A stretch of 64,000 nt of DNA from Candidatus Saccharimonadota bacterium (lineage in GTDB: Bacteria > Patescibacteriota > Saccharimonadia > Saccharimonadales > Saccharimonadaceae): the NCBI GenBank assembly GCA_020428315.1, contig JAGQNA010000003.1, positions 155 to 64,154 of the forward strand, given 5' to 3'. The position numbers and the translations under genes were made by a program. Of this stretch, positions 19,196 to 28,906 are shown piece after piece; within the stretch, counting starts at the first letter, position 1, and each line of letters begins with the position of its first letter. The notes under the pieces are model-generated. The model was not told where the DNA came from. It made no database searches and was given only the letters and a program-made list of their open reading frames with translations.

Positions 19196-19660
19196 TTATT
19201 TGACTATACCTCGATCGAGTGCAATTTGATACGATTTCCAAAATTGCGAATGAAGAGGTGACGGTAGACTATCACTTGTAAACCAACCTATTTCGTCAAT
19301 CTTATGTGGCTCACCAACTCTTACGCTATTTGGTTCAACTTGTACGGTATGCATAATAGCTATCCAATGAGTTGTAGTGCCACTAATCTCCCTTAGTGCA
19401 TCGTAAATAGTTAAAAATTGTATATCTATTGGTTCAGTGCAAAGCTCTTCCTTAATTTCTCGTCGTACCGTTTCGTCAATAGATTCCCCGAAGTCTATAG
19501 CACCGCCGCCAACGTCCCACTTTCCATTCTCATCTCTTGCATCTGGACCACGTTTTTGAAGCAAAACACGACCCTGGCCATCATGGATGATAAAACTTGC
19601 TGAAATTCCAACATAGTCTACGCCCGGACGTAAGCCTTTATTTATATAAGAGTTATTCAT
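19196..19660 (-). CDS. NUDIX hydrolase
   Basis: Nudix box GGGAIDFGESIDETVRREIKEELC. Confidence 0.88.
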   Translation of the reverse strand: MNNSYINKGLRPGVDYVGISASFIIHDGQGRVLLQKRGPDARDENGKWDVGGGAIDFGESIDETVRREIKEELCTEPIDIQFLTIYDALREISGTTTHWIAIMHTVQVEPNSVRVGEPHKIDEIGWFTSDSLPSPLHSQFWKSYQIALDRGIVK

Positions 19661-19729
19661 AAATCTTCCATAATTTATATTAACACGCCAGATTTTATGT
19701 TGTAAAAGTGCTGACTGAGTCCGATTTAA

Positions 19730-19758
19730 TTGACAAATTTTCTAATTCATGCTAAGAT
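19730..19758 (+). promoter_or_regulatory. Promoter TTGACA-17-TGcTAAGAT for GH16 gene (leadered)
   Basis: TTGACA 19730-19735; TAAGAT 19753-19758. Confidence 0.6.
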
Positions 19759-19795
19759 AACAGTAGTAATTACTAAATAAAAAACAAAAATAATT

Positions 19796-21091
19796 ATGCA
19801 ACCTCAGACAATATACTCCACTAGCCCATATCATGGTCCAGGTCATGACTACAAGCCACGTAAGGTTATTGCCGTAGTACTTGGTGTTGTGCTAGTGACT
19901 ATTGTTGTGGTTGGAATCGGTGCTAGTTTTAGTATGCATCAGCGATCAGATGAAGACTCAAGTCAAAAATCAGCTCAGTCAACCAATACAAATAGTGTAG
20001 ACGGAACAACGAAGCCACTTAATGATCAGAAGCAATCTTCAAAAAACCATCAAACTTCAAAGGAAGATAGTAAAAACTCAGTACAAGAAAAACGAAGTAC
20101 TAAAAGGGAGTCTACGGTATTTGATAGTCCTTCAATATTTATGAATCCCGGCTATGCGGATAAGGATACAGATACTAAACCAAATACTATTTCTCCAAAC
20201 CAAGAAAATAATAGTTCGCTACCTACGAGTCAACAGCCGAACGAAGTTCAGCCAGCTTCAGACGCTTGCGGAAGTTATAAATATAAGGCGAATGGCAGTC
20301 GTTGGACATGTACATTTAGTGATGATTTCAGCGGTAATTCTTTAAACACATCTAAATGGGCAGTCGCAACTAGCCCAAATGACTTTTTTCAATTTTATGA
20401 ATGTTACTATAATCGCCCAGAGAATGTATACGTTGGCGGTGGTTATTTAAATCTAGTGTCTAGGCGTGAGATACCACAGATTGGTTGTGGATGGCTGGGT
20501 GGACGTGATTTTTCTGGTGGCATGGTGCGTACTTATAAAAAACACAGTGTGAATCGGGGTAAGATTGAAATTCGTCTGAAAATCCCACAGTCAAAAGGTA
20601 AGTTTGGAATCGGTACTTCACTATGGATGATTCCAGTACCATCTGGTAAGCCAGGAGCTGGTGATGCAGGCTGGTATGGAGCTTGGCCTGCGTCTGGTGA
20701 AATTGACATTGCCGAAATGTATGGACCGTACGATGATTATGCTAATCCATCACTACACTACAACGTAAAAAGCGGACATAGGTTGCAGTATTCATGTGGA
20801 CAAGAAAATTATAATACTGAAACGGTTACAGCACGATGTAACGTACCTGGAGCTGCAACTGGCTTTCATACCTACGGGGTAGAGTGGACAAACGATACAA
20901 TTACAATGTTATACGACGGTAAAAAAGTACTTGTTGACAAGTGGAATTCAACCCAAGGTGGCCCAGCCCCATTTGATAAAGATTTTTACTTAAACATAAC
21001 CCAAGGCTTTGCTAATATTCCGATCCCTGGGCCGTATAGCGCAGTCCTGCCCGCCACAGCACAAGTGGACTACGTAAGGATTTGGCAGTAG
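19796..21091 (+). CDS. Membrane-anchored glycoside hydrolase family 16 (beta-glucanase/laminarinase-like)
   Basis: N-terminal TM (VIAVVLGVVLVTIVVVGIGA), ~130-aa S/N/Q/K-rich linker, GH16 catalytic motif GEIDIAEM. Confidence 0.8.
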   Translation: MQPQTIYSTSPYHGPGHDYKPRKVIAVVLGVVLVTIVVVGIGASFSMHQRSDEDSSQKSAQSTNTNSVDGTTKPLNDQKQSSKNHQTSKEDSKNSVQEKRSTKRESTVFDSPSIFMNPGYADKDTDTKPNTISPNQENNSSLPTSQQPNEVQPASDACGSYKYKANGSRWTCTFSDDFSGNSLNTSKWAVATSPNDFFQFYECYYNRPENVYVGGGYLNLVSRREIPQIGCGWLGGRDFSGGMVRTYKKHSVNRGKIEIRLKIPQSKGKFGIGTSLWMIPVPSGKPGAGDAGWYGAWPASGEIDIAEMYGPYDDYANPSLHYNVKSGHRLQYSCGQENYNTETVTARCNVPGAATGFHTYGVEWTNDTITMLYDGKKVLVDKWNSTQGGPAPFDKDFYLNITQGFANIPIPGPYSAVLPATAQVDYVRIWQ

Positions 21092-21117
21092 TCGCAGTAG
21101 TTCAGGAGGACAACCCC

Positions 21118-21135
21118 AGGCTCTTTAAAGAGCCT
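21118..21135. terminator. Palindromic hairpin between convergent genes (weak terminator candidate)
   Basis: AGGCTCTTTAAAGAGCCT perfect palindrome; no strong T-run. Confidence 0.3.
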
Positions 21136-21146
21136 AAAGCAGCTCC

Positions 21147-21572
21147 TTACTGTCTCTTTTTCAGGTTACTCTTGGTTTGCTTGGTGTTTGCCAAAATAAT
21201 AATACCAGATATGAATACCGTAAAGCCGGAAATTACGAACATAATTGGCACTGCTATAAATGTTGATAAGCTGTATTGAACCCTCTCACTCGCTACTGCT
21301 GTTACTCGGGCTCCAACAGCAGGCGGTTTACAGTTATAAGATCTTTGAAGTATACAAAGAGTCGAGAGTGTGTATACTCTACCGGAGTCGCTCCGTACGG
21401 TGTATGAGTCGCTGTGGCCAGGGTCGGATTGGATGACAGTAGCTTTTTCAAATTGGCCTCCACCAAAAAGTATCGATATATACCCGCCAAAAGTTATCAC
21501 AAATACGACGATTGCTAAGAAAAATATGAGTTTATATGATAGCGGTGTTAACTCGGGGTCCTTTAGCGCCAT
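21147..21572 (-). CDS. Hypothetical small membrane protein (TM helices at both ends)
   Basis: 141-aa ORF with leaderless-type promoter. Confidence 0.5.
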   Translation of the reverse strand: MALKDPELTPLSYKLIFFLAIVVFVITFGGYISILFGGGQFEKATVIQSDPGHSDSYTVRSDSGRVYTLSTLCILQRSYNCKPPAVGARVTAVASERVQYSLSTFIAVPIMFVISGFTVFISGIIILANTKQTKSNLKKRQ

Positions 21573-21578
21573 ATAGAC

Positions 21579-21587
21579 AGTATATCA
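21579..21587 (-). promoter_or_regulatory. Extended -10 TGaTATACT (minus strand), 6 nt upstream of ATG 21572
   Basis: Minus strand reads TGATATACTgtctatATG. Confidence 0.55.
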
Positions 21588-21810
21588 TCAGGGTTCAGGC
21601 GAGTAGATTACCTGCGGAGCTTCTATAATTTAAAGAGGACTTATTCTATACAGTGGTAAGAAGTGTACTTTTGTGAGTAGATGGGGTTTTGGGTTGGAGT
21701 AGGGTATAATAAACAGTGTAAGTTAACGCGGAAGGTGATAGATATAATCGTTTGGATATAGCCGAACAGTTATACCTGTTACTCTCCGCATTATAAGAAG
21801 GAGGCTCTAT

Positions 21811-23928
21811 ATGAGTACTATAAACCCAAACGGAAAAGAGATTGTTTCCGTAACTACTGAGCTGTGCGGTAAGCCGCTGACTCTCGAAGTAAATCGTATC
21901 GGTTTTCGTACCACTGCTAGTGTATTGGTAAAGTACGGTGACACTGTGGTGCTTGGTACTACTCAAGTCGGGACGCGTCCGATTCAGCTCGATTACTTTC
22001 CGCTGAGTGTCGACTACGAAGAAAAAATGTATGCAGCAGGTAAGATTTCTGGTAGCCGTTTTATCAAGCGCGAAGGTCGCCCGAGCGATGAAGCGATTTT
22101 GATTGGTCGAATCATTGACCGTCCGATTCGTCCACTGTTCCCGAAGGGCTATCGTGCCGAAGTACAAGTAGTAGCTAGCGTATTGTCAATGGACCCTGCG
22201 TTTCGCCCAGACATGGTGGCGATGATTGCTGCAAGCTCGGCGCTATCTATTAGCGGTGCACCGTTTGATGGCCCGGTCGCTGGATTGCGGGTCGGCCGAG
22301 TAAATGGTGAGTTCAAAGCATTCCTGACACCAGAAGAGCGTGAACAGTCTGACCTCGACTTAGTAGTGGCTGGTATCGAAAGCGGCGTGGTTATGGTAGA
22401 GGCTGGGGCTAATCAAGTAGACGAAGAAGTCGTCATCGAGGCTATCGCCTGGGCGCATGAAGCTATGCAGCCAGCTATCAAGCTACAGCGTGAACTAGCC
22501 GAAAAAGTCGCCAAAGAAGCGATTGAGTACGAACTTGTACTGCCAAATGAAGATATTCAAGCCGAAGTAGATACTTGGGTCGATGGTAGGTTTGGTGCCG
22601 AACTACACCATCCGTATCCAGAACGTAATGCTTTGATTAACGAAATTCGCTGGGCTTTTCACGAAGAAATGGCTGAAAAATTAGGCGAAGAAGCATATGA
22701 CAAAGAAACCCGAGATGAATACGACGAAGCCTTCACGATGGCACTCCACAAAGACGTCCGTCGTGGTATCGTCGACTCACAAACTCGCCCAGATGGCCGT
22801 AAGCTTGATGAAGTTCGTCCACTAAGTAGCGAGATTGGCATTTTGCCACGCACCCACGGATCGAGCTTGTTTACCCGCGGCGTAACTCAGGGTATGAATA
22901 TCGTGACACTGGCGCCACTCAGCTATGCCCAAATCGTCGACACTATGGAAGTCAGCGACGGCGAGCGCCGCTATATGCATCACTACAACGCTCCTGGCTA
23001 TACAGTTGGTGAAGTTCGTCGCCTCGGCTCACCTGGTCGTCGCGAGATCGGCCACGGCTACCTAGCCGAACGTGCGGTGCTACCAGTTCTGCCGACCGAA
23101 GAGGAATTCCCATACGCTATTCGTTCTGTGACCGAAATTATGAGCCAAAACGGTTCAACTTCTATGGCGGCGACTTGTTCAAGCGTTCTAGCGCTTATGG
23201 ATGCTGGTGTACCACTCAAAGCACCAGTGTCTGGTATCGCTATGGGCCTTATGATGGATGGCGATACACCGTATGTACTTTCAGACATTGCCGATGCTGA
23301 AGATTTTGCCGGTGATATGGACTTCAAGGTCACCGGTACCGAGCAGGGTATCACGGCGGTTCAGATGGACATGAAGCTTCATGGTCTACCGGTAGAGATT
23401 TTGGCTCAAGCAATCCGTGGCAGTAAGCCTGGCCGCCTCCACATCCTCGAACATATGAAGTCGACTATTGCTGAGCCAAAGACTAATCTTAGTCCGTTTG
23501 CACCACGCATTGAAAAGATCAAGATCAATCCAGAAAAGATCGGTGCTGTCATCGGCAAGGGTGGCGAGACTATCAATAAGATTACATCTGAAACTGGTGC
23601 CGAAATCGATATCAAGGACGACGGTCTAATCACCGTCGCCAGCTCAGACGCTGCTAGTATCGAAAAAGCTCTCAACTGGATCAAGGGCCTGACCGAAGAG
23701 CCAGAAGTCGGTCGCGTCTATGAAGGTAAGGTCGTCAGCATCAAAGACTTCGGCGCTTTCGTAAACATCATGCCAGGTATTGACGGCATGGTTCATATCT
23801 CGCAACTTAGTAAAGAACGAGTTGAAAAAGTTACCGATGTCTTAAGCGAAGGACAGACAGTAAAGGTTAAGTTGACTGGTATTGATGAGCGAGGTCGCTT
23901 GAGCTTGAGTATTAAAGAAGTTGAGTAG
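21811..23928 (+). CDS. pnp: Polynucleotide phosphorylase
   Basis: 705 aa; two RNase PH domains plus C-terminal KH (GKGGETINKI) and S1 (GKVVSIKDFGAFV) domains; SD AAGGAGG. Confidence 0.96.
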   Translation: MSTINPNGKEIVSVTTELCGKPLTLEVNRIGFRTTASVLVKYGDTVVLGTTQVGTRPIQLDYFPLSVDYEEKMYAAGKISGSRFIKREGRPSDEAILIGRIIDRPIRPLFPKGYRAEVQVVASVLSMDPAFRPDMVAMIAASSALSISGAPFDGPVAGLRVGRVNGEFKAFLTPEEREQSDLDLVVAGIESGVVMVEAGANQVDEEVVIEAIAWAHEAMQPAIKLQRELAEKVAKEAIEYELVLPNEDIQAEVDTWVDGRFGAELHHPYPERNALINEIRWAFHEEMAEKLGEEAYDKETRDEYDEAFTMALHKDVRRGIVDSQTRPDGRKLDEVRPLSSEIGILPRTHGSSLFTRGVTQGMNIVTLAPLSYAQIVDTMEVSDGERRYMHHYNAPGYTVGEVRRLGSPGRREIGHGYLAERAVLPVLPTEEEFPYAIRSVTEIMSQNGSTSMAATCSSVLALMDAGVPLKAPVSGIAMGLMMDGDTPYVLSDIADAEDFAGDMDFKVTGTEQGITAVQMDMKLHGLPVEILAQAIRGSKPGRLHILEHMKSTIAEPKTNLSPFAPRIEKIKINPEKIGAVIGKGGETINKITSETGAEIDIKDDGLITVASSDAASIEKALNWIKGLTEEPEVGRVYEGKVVSIKDFGAFVNIMPGIDGMVHISQLSKERVEKVTDVLSEGQTVKVKLTGIDERGRLSLSIKEVE

Positions 23929-23950
23929 TACTTAGACTATTGAAACAAAA

Positions 23951-23979
23951 TTGACAAACCTACAACAATTTGCTATAGG
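23951..23979 (+). promoter_or_regulatory. Promoter TTGACA-17-TGcTATAGG upstream of a decayed small gene
   Basis: TTGACA 23951-23956; TG 23971-23972; TATAGG 23974-23979. Confidence 0.5.
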
Positions 23980-24006
23980 TAGATACTAATTTTAAATAAA
24001 CAAATC

Positions 24007-24353
24007 ATGTCAGAAGTAGTACTCCAAACTAGAACCGAACATTCCCGCAGTATCGAGAATGGCGATAGGTTTCGTGCATTAGAGTTTTAAAAAAAGTTGG
24101 GCTGTTAATAACAGTTAGTGATTTAGAGACCTGCCATGGCCGTCTAGGCCACAATACTGATGCTACCAAGTGGGAGGTTGACCCTTCATTTGCTAATGGC
24201 GGTAACGATAATGTGTATTATCGACCGATTTTATATACAAGTGATAGAGATACGGCTCAGGACTTTGCCAAGACTCGTGGTGGCTCTAGGATTAGACAAC
24301 TCTTCAGTAAAATATTTGATGATCGAGTAGCCAATTACACGCCCAACTGTTAA
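24007..24353 (+). pseudogene. Frameshifted small gene (~115 codons if repaired), product unknown
   Basis: ATG 24007 opens a 27-codon ORF ending at TAA 24088-24090 inside a T4A7 run; a 94-codon open frame with no start codon continues in the -1 frame to TAA 24351-24353; adding one T to the T4 run joins them. Confidence 0.4.
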
Positions 24354-24381
24354 GGGGAGCGGACGTTACCGTAACCCCCTT
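24352..24381 (+). terminator. Hairpin after the decayed small gene
   Basis: AAGGGG..GCGG-acgtta-CCGT..CCCCTT followed by CGTTT; T-run weak. Confidence 0.4.
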
Positions 24382-24437
24382 CGTTTAATGGTAGTTTTGG
24401 TAAGTGTACAGACTTTAATGGTAGGAAACTTGAACCC

Positions 24438-24466
24438 TTGACAAATCAAATGGATTAATGTAATAT
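24438..24466 (+). promoter_or_regulatory. Promoter TTGACA-17-TAATAT for ORF 24477
   Basis: TTGACA 24438-24443; TAATAT 24461-24466; ATG 10 nt downstream. Confidence 0.5.
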
Positions 24467-24476
24467 ATAACTATAT

Positions 24477-24857
24477 ATGAATATAGATAAAAAATCAGGA
24501 CATTCATCTACAGAAATTGATAAAGCCGTACAGGGCCTGGAGAAGGCAAACAGGTTTGATCGTATCACTATGGCTCTGGGTGGTACCGCAATCGGTGCGG
24601 CCTTAATGGAACATTTGTCGACACAGGGGTTTGAAGCAAGTATTGATCCGGTAAATGCTGGTATCTTGTTGGGAGGTGTATTCCTTGCGACTTTAGGTCC
24701 ACTTCTAGGTATCAATGCCCAAAAAAGATATGCCAGGACTAGGCTAGGAGGTAATAAGCTATTATCAGGGCAGGCAGAGGCACGTCTTAGAGTCGAAGCT
24801 AGTGGGCCGCTTGGAGCGATACGTGGCTCGCAACAGCATCCACCACAGGCTGAATAA
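24477..24857 (+). CDS. Hypothetical membrane protein (two predicted TM helices)
   Basis: 126-aa ORF; ITMALGGTAIGAALM and ILLGGVFLATLGPLLGI hydrophobic segments. Confidence 0.5.
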   Translation: MNIDKKSGHSSTEIDKAVQGLEKANRFDRITMALGGTAIGAALMEHLSTQGFEASIDPVNAGILLGGVFLATLGPLLGINAQKRYARTRLGGNKLLSGQAEARLRVEASGPLGAIRGSQQHPPQAE

Positions 24858-24923
24858 AAAATACTACACTTAACATAATAGTTACGCTATAATAGACTCC
24901 AAAGTAGTAAACTAGGAGTAATT

Positions 24924-25967
24924 ATGGATCCACAAAATAGTCAACCAGTCGAACCAACCGATCAGCCTGAACAGTCAATCAATCCTCCGGCTGGCAACCA
25001 GCAAGATGAAAGTGTGGCCGCAACGGCACAGCCCACCGAAGCTGCTCCGGTTTACCAACCCGAGCCAGTTGCACCTGCACAACCTTCCATGTACCAACAA
25101 CCACCTCAAATGCAGCCACAACAGCCAGTGATGGCTGTTTCGCCTCAGGGTCCACCAGTATTTGGCAGTAAAAGTCCAAAAAAAGGCTTAGTCATTGGTA
25201 TTGTAGGCGGTGCAGTTGGCTTACTAGTAGTTATTATAATCGTTGTGCTTGTGATTGGTCTTAATGGCGTATCTCAGAAAGATTATTCTGCTGCGCTTAG
25301 TAAATATAACGATGTTGTAAGTGCAAATTAAACATTAAGTATCAAAGCTTCATCTCTTCAGTATGGATTTGGTTCTGGTGCTACTGAAACAGTGTTTGAA
25401 AATGATGTAAAGGCAGCACGTGAGGCTGCTACAAAAGTAAAATCTGAAAACGAGGAACTGGGAAAATTAAAGGCCGTTCGAGTAGGTGAAGGGGGGAAGA
25501 AGTACAAAGTCTTTAAGGAAAAGGTTGATGCTTATGTACAGTATGTTGATGACCTAATAGTATCAGTAAATAGTACCTACGAGGCAAAAGACGAATGTGG
25601 CACTCGCACATCAATAGTTTCAAGTATAAAGCAATACAAACGAAATATTGAGGAGTGCTTACAGGCTTTGAAAGAAGTAAAAGAGACGCCGAATACTGAT
25701 GTAAAAGCATATGTCTCGAAGATGATATATCACTATGAGTCACTCGTGTCGGTAGTTGATAAGATGGCAAGTTTTAGTGATCCTTACGGAGATCAGTATA
25801 GCCAGTATTCTGCTCTTTCTAGTAAGAGAAGTGATATAGTCAGTGACATGGGCGATACACTTAGTGATTATAACTCAAATATCAACAAGCATATCGATGA
25901 GGTTGACCCTAAAGATGCTGCACGAGACCTAAGTGATTATTTGGTAGATAAAGTTAGGTCTAAATAG
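24924..25967 (+). pseudogene. Membrane-anchored protein (Pro/Gln-rich N-terminus, TM, helical ectodomain) interrupted by one in-frame TAA (25329-25331)
   Basis: Track ORFs 24924-25331 and 25392-25967 share a frame; the 20 codons between are open (TLSIKASSLQYGFGSGATET); the second ORF has only a GTG start, no SD and no promoter. Confidence 0.55.
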
Positions 25968-25984
25968 ATTTCAAATTTGACTGA

Positions 25985-26554
25985 ATGTCAAAAGCTGATT
26001 TACTAAATTCACTATATAAAGATATTGCTGCCAGTAAGGTATGTAACGAGCTAGCTTTGCAGTCCTCTGGGCTGGTTCCAGGCAGTGGTAATCTAGATGC
26101 AGATATAGTGATTGTTGGTGAAGCCCCAGGAAAGGCAGAAGATGCTGAGGGTAAGCCATTTGTTGGGGCGAGTGGAAAGTTTCTTGATATGATGCTTGAG
26201 TCTGCAGGCATAGCTAGAGCTAATATCTACATTACAAACATAGTAAAGTATCGACCACCAAGTAATCGCGACCCATCGAAGTTTGAAAAGGCAGAGTTTT
26301 GGCCATATCTACTTAGGGAGCTTGAAATAATTCAGCCAAAATTTATTATTACACTTGGCAGGCATAGCGGAATGTGTTTTTTACCAGACTTAGTGATTGG
26401 TCGTGATCATGGGCAGCCTAAAGAGGTATTATTAAACGAGAGAAGCTATGTATTGATTCCTTTGTATCACCCTGCAGCAGCACTGTATAACGGTAACATG
26501 AGACAGACGCTAATCGATGATTTTATGTTTACAGCAAAGCTTCTGGCTCAGTAA
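25985..26554 (+). CDS. Uracil-DNA glycosylase, family 4
   Basis: Motif A GEAPGKAED, FVGASGKFLD, motif B LYHPAAALYN. Confidence 0.85.
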   Translation: MSKADLLNSLYKDIAASKVCNELALQSSGLVPGSGNLDADIVIVGEAPGKAEDAEGKPFVGASGKFLDMMLESAGIARANIYITNIVKYRPPSNRDPSKFEKAEFWPYLLRELEIIQPKFIITLGRHSGMCFLPDLVIGRDHGQPKEVLLNERSYVLIPLYHPAAALYNGNMRQTLIDDFMFTAKLLAQ

Positions 26555-26717
26555 TGTTTATAAGTAGTATTGCATTATCTCTTAGTATCTGCTAAACTTA
26601 TATCACTTAGCAAGAGGGAATTCTCTATATACTTTATACAAAACAGCCCTCATTCTTGTTAAACAATTTAATGAAATTTAGTAATTAATTATTAAAAACT
26701 AAAGGAGATATACATAT

Positions 26718-28835
26718 ATGGGTCAAAGACGACTCCCTAGTCCGCAAGCGGATGATATGAGCAAGCGTCCTGGTCAAAACCAGAAGAAAAAAACTAATAA
26801 TACTGTTTTGAATAATACGAATACCCGTCGTGGTGAAGTTTTTCGAGCTGCTCGTCGGACCAATGACGATGTTAATAAACAGGCTAGTCAACACATAGTC
26901 GGGATTCCAGTAAACAAAAGTATTTATAATGGCTACGATGGACGTCAGTTCCAAAGTGGCGATCAGCGTAAACGACCAGACGATGGTGTGAAAAAATTGC
27001 GTGTAATACCTATTGGTGGGTTAGGCGAGATGGGCATCGGAAAAAATATGATGGCCATAGAGTATGACGATGAGATGATTGTTATTGATTGTGGATTTTT
27101 ATTTCCCGGCCCTGACTATCCCGGTATAAATTATATTACTCCAGACATCACGTATCTTGAGGCTAATAAACACAAGATTAAAGCACAGGTATTTACGCAC
27201 GGACACCTAGACCACATTGGTGCTTACCGACACATAGCTCATAGGATTCCAGCTCCAGTCTATGGTAGTAAATTTACATTAGCTATGGTGCAGCGGACTA
27301 TGGAAGAGGCCACTAGTGGCTACACGCCAGTGTTTCATGTTATGAATCCGGAGGCTCATGAACGAATTCAAGTGAGTCAACATTTTAGTATTGAATTAGT
27401 TAGAGTTAACCATTCGATCCCTGATTCTACAGCTGTTGTCATTCGTACACCGGTCGGTGTGCTTGTTGATACGGGAGACTGGCGATTTGAGGAAAATCCT
27501 GTTGACGGCCGTAAGTTTGATCTAGAACGCCTGACCGAGATTGCTACAAAAGAAGGTATTCACCTACTTATGAATGAAAGTACTAACTGTGAAAGTGATG
27601 GTACGCACACCCATGGTGAACATGATATTCAGGTGAGTATTGGTCAAGTAATGGAAAAATTTTCAAACGGACGAATTATAGTAAGTTCATTCAGTAGCCA
27701 GTTACATCGAATGCAGGTTATTTTAGACGAGGCAAAGAAACATGGACGTAAAGTTGCTTTTGCTGGGTATAGTATGATTCAAAATCTTGAAGTAGCTCTT
27801 AGGACTGGTACTATTAAAGTTCCAAAGGATGTTGTCATGAAGATGGATGACATTATTAAATTGCCAGATGGGCAAGTTACGATTGTCTGTACGGGTAGTC
27901 AGGGCGAAATGAATGCAGTACTCAATCGTATGGCGACAGGCGCACATAAACATATCAAGGTAAAGAACACCGATGTTATTGTCTTTAGTTCGAACCCAAT
28001 TCCGGGCAACGAAACTTATGTGGTACGGACGGTAGATGGTTTGATGCGTGAAGGAAGTGACGTAATTCAGAACGGAAAGACTCATCTTACCGGTGTGGGT
28101 CCGTTACACCTATCAGGTCATGGTTATTATGATGATCATGTAAAGTTCGTCAATGCTTTAAACCCGACATTTTACATGCCTATACATGGTGAATTCCATA
28201 TGCTTGTGCATAATGCTGAGTTAGCCGAGAAGGAGTGTGCTGTAAAGCGTGAGAATATATTTGTTTGCGACAGTGGTGATGTTCTCGAGCTTACCAGTGA
28301 TAGTGCTGAAAAAGTTGGCCGAGTACCAGTTGGTGGTGTGATGTATGACGATAGCGGTAGTGTGGTTAGCGAAGTAGTGCTAAAAGATCGTATACATATG
28401 TCAAACGAGGGTATGTTTGTAATTATTCTTACGATCCAACGCGGCACAGGCAGGCTATTGACCAGCCCAGATATTATAAGTCGTGGCTTTATTTATCTAC
28501 GCGATAGTGAAGAGTTGATGGGGCTGATTAGGCAATACGTTAAGCAAAAAACTACCCGAGAATTTAGTGGTAAGCGGTTTGATATCGAGAAAGTTAAGAA
28601 GGAAATTAAAGACGAAGTGACGCATATTTTATATGATCAAACACGACGTACACCTATCGTGATACCTGTGATCAATGAAATTGGTGGATCGGGCAACACT
28701 CAGGATGTTCGAAATGGTCAACCTGGAAGAAATAGGTCATTTAATAAGCCGCAAGTTAAGAAATTTCCACCTCGACAAGTACCAGATACAGAAGCTGTTG
28801 AGCCTAAATCTGGTAATAACCAAAACAGGTATTGA
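26718..28835 (+). CDS. rnj: Ribonuclease J (metallo-beta-lactamase/beta-CASP) with ~90-aa basic N-terminal extension and basic C-terminal tail
   Basis: HGHLDHIGA (HxHxDH), beta-CASP layout; SD AGGAG. Confidence 0.92.
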   Translation: MGQRRLPSPQADDMSKRPGQNQKKKTNNTVLNNTNTRRGEVFRAARRTNDDVNKQASQHIVGIPVNKSIYNGYDGRQFQSGDQRKRPDDGVKKLRVIPIGGLGEMGIGKNMMAIEYDDEMIVIDCGFLFPGPDYPGINYITPDITYLEANKHKIKAQVFTHGHLDHIGAYRHIAHRIPAPVYGSKFTLAMVQRTMEEATSGYTPVFHVMNPEAHERIQVSQHFSIELVRVNHSIPDSTAVVIRTPVGVLVDTGDWRFEENPVDGRKFDLERLTEIATKEGIHLLMNESTNCESDGTHTHGEHDIQVSIGQVMEKFSNGRIIVSSFSSQLHRMQVILDEAKKHGRKVAFAGYSMIQNLEVALRTGTIKVPKDVVMKMDDIIKLPDGQVTIVCTGSQGEMNAVLNRMATGAHKHIKVKNTDVIVFSSNPIPGNETYVVRTVDGLMREGSDVIQNGKTHLTGVGPLHLSGHGYYDDHVKFVNALNPTFYMPIHGEFHMLVHNAELAEKECAVKRENIFVCDSGDVLELTSDSAEKVGRVPVGGVMYDDSGSVVSEVVLKDRIHMSNEGMFVIILTIQRGTGRLLTSPDIISRGFIYLRDSEELMGLIRQYVKQKTTREFSGKRFDIEKVKKEIKDEVTHILYDQTRRTPIVIPVINEIGGSGNTQDVRNGQPGRNRSFNKPQVKKFPPRQVPDTEAVEPKSGNNQNRY

Positions 28836-28906
28836 GCTATCCGAGTATAAGCACTTGCTTTTTTAGATAATTTGTGTTATTCTTATAGAATAGGAATAAT
28901 ACAAAA

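Noticed and set aside
21646-22167. 173-aa minus-strand ORF
   Set aside because: It overlaps the pnp start and 5' UTR in antisense. pnp is unambiguous, and the antisense product has no features.
24084-24096. Programmed ribosomal frameshift at gagTTTTAAAAAAAg (prfB- or dnaX-like)
   Set aside because: Reaching the downstream frame needs a -1 shift, but the in-frame codons (GAG TTT TAA) do not form an X XXY YYZ heptamer. A +1 shift at TTT-TAA lands in the wrong frame. A simple 1-nt indel in the T-run is more parsimonious.
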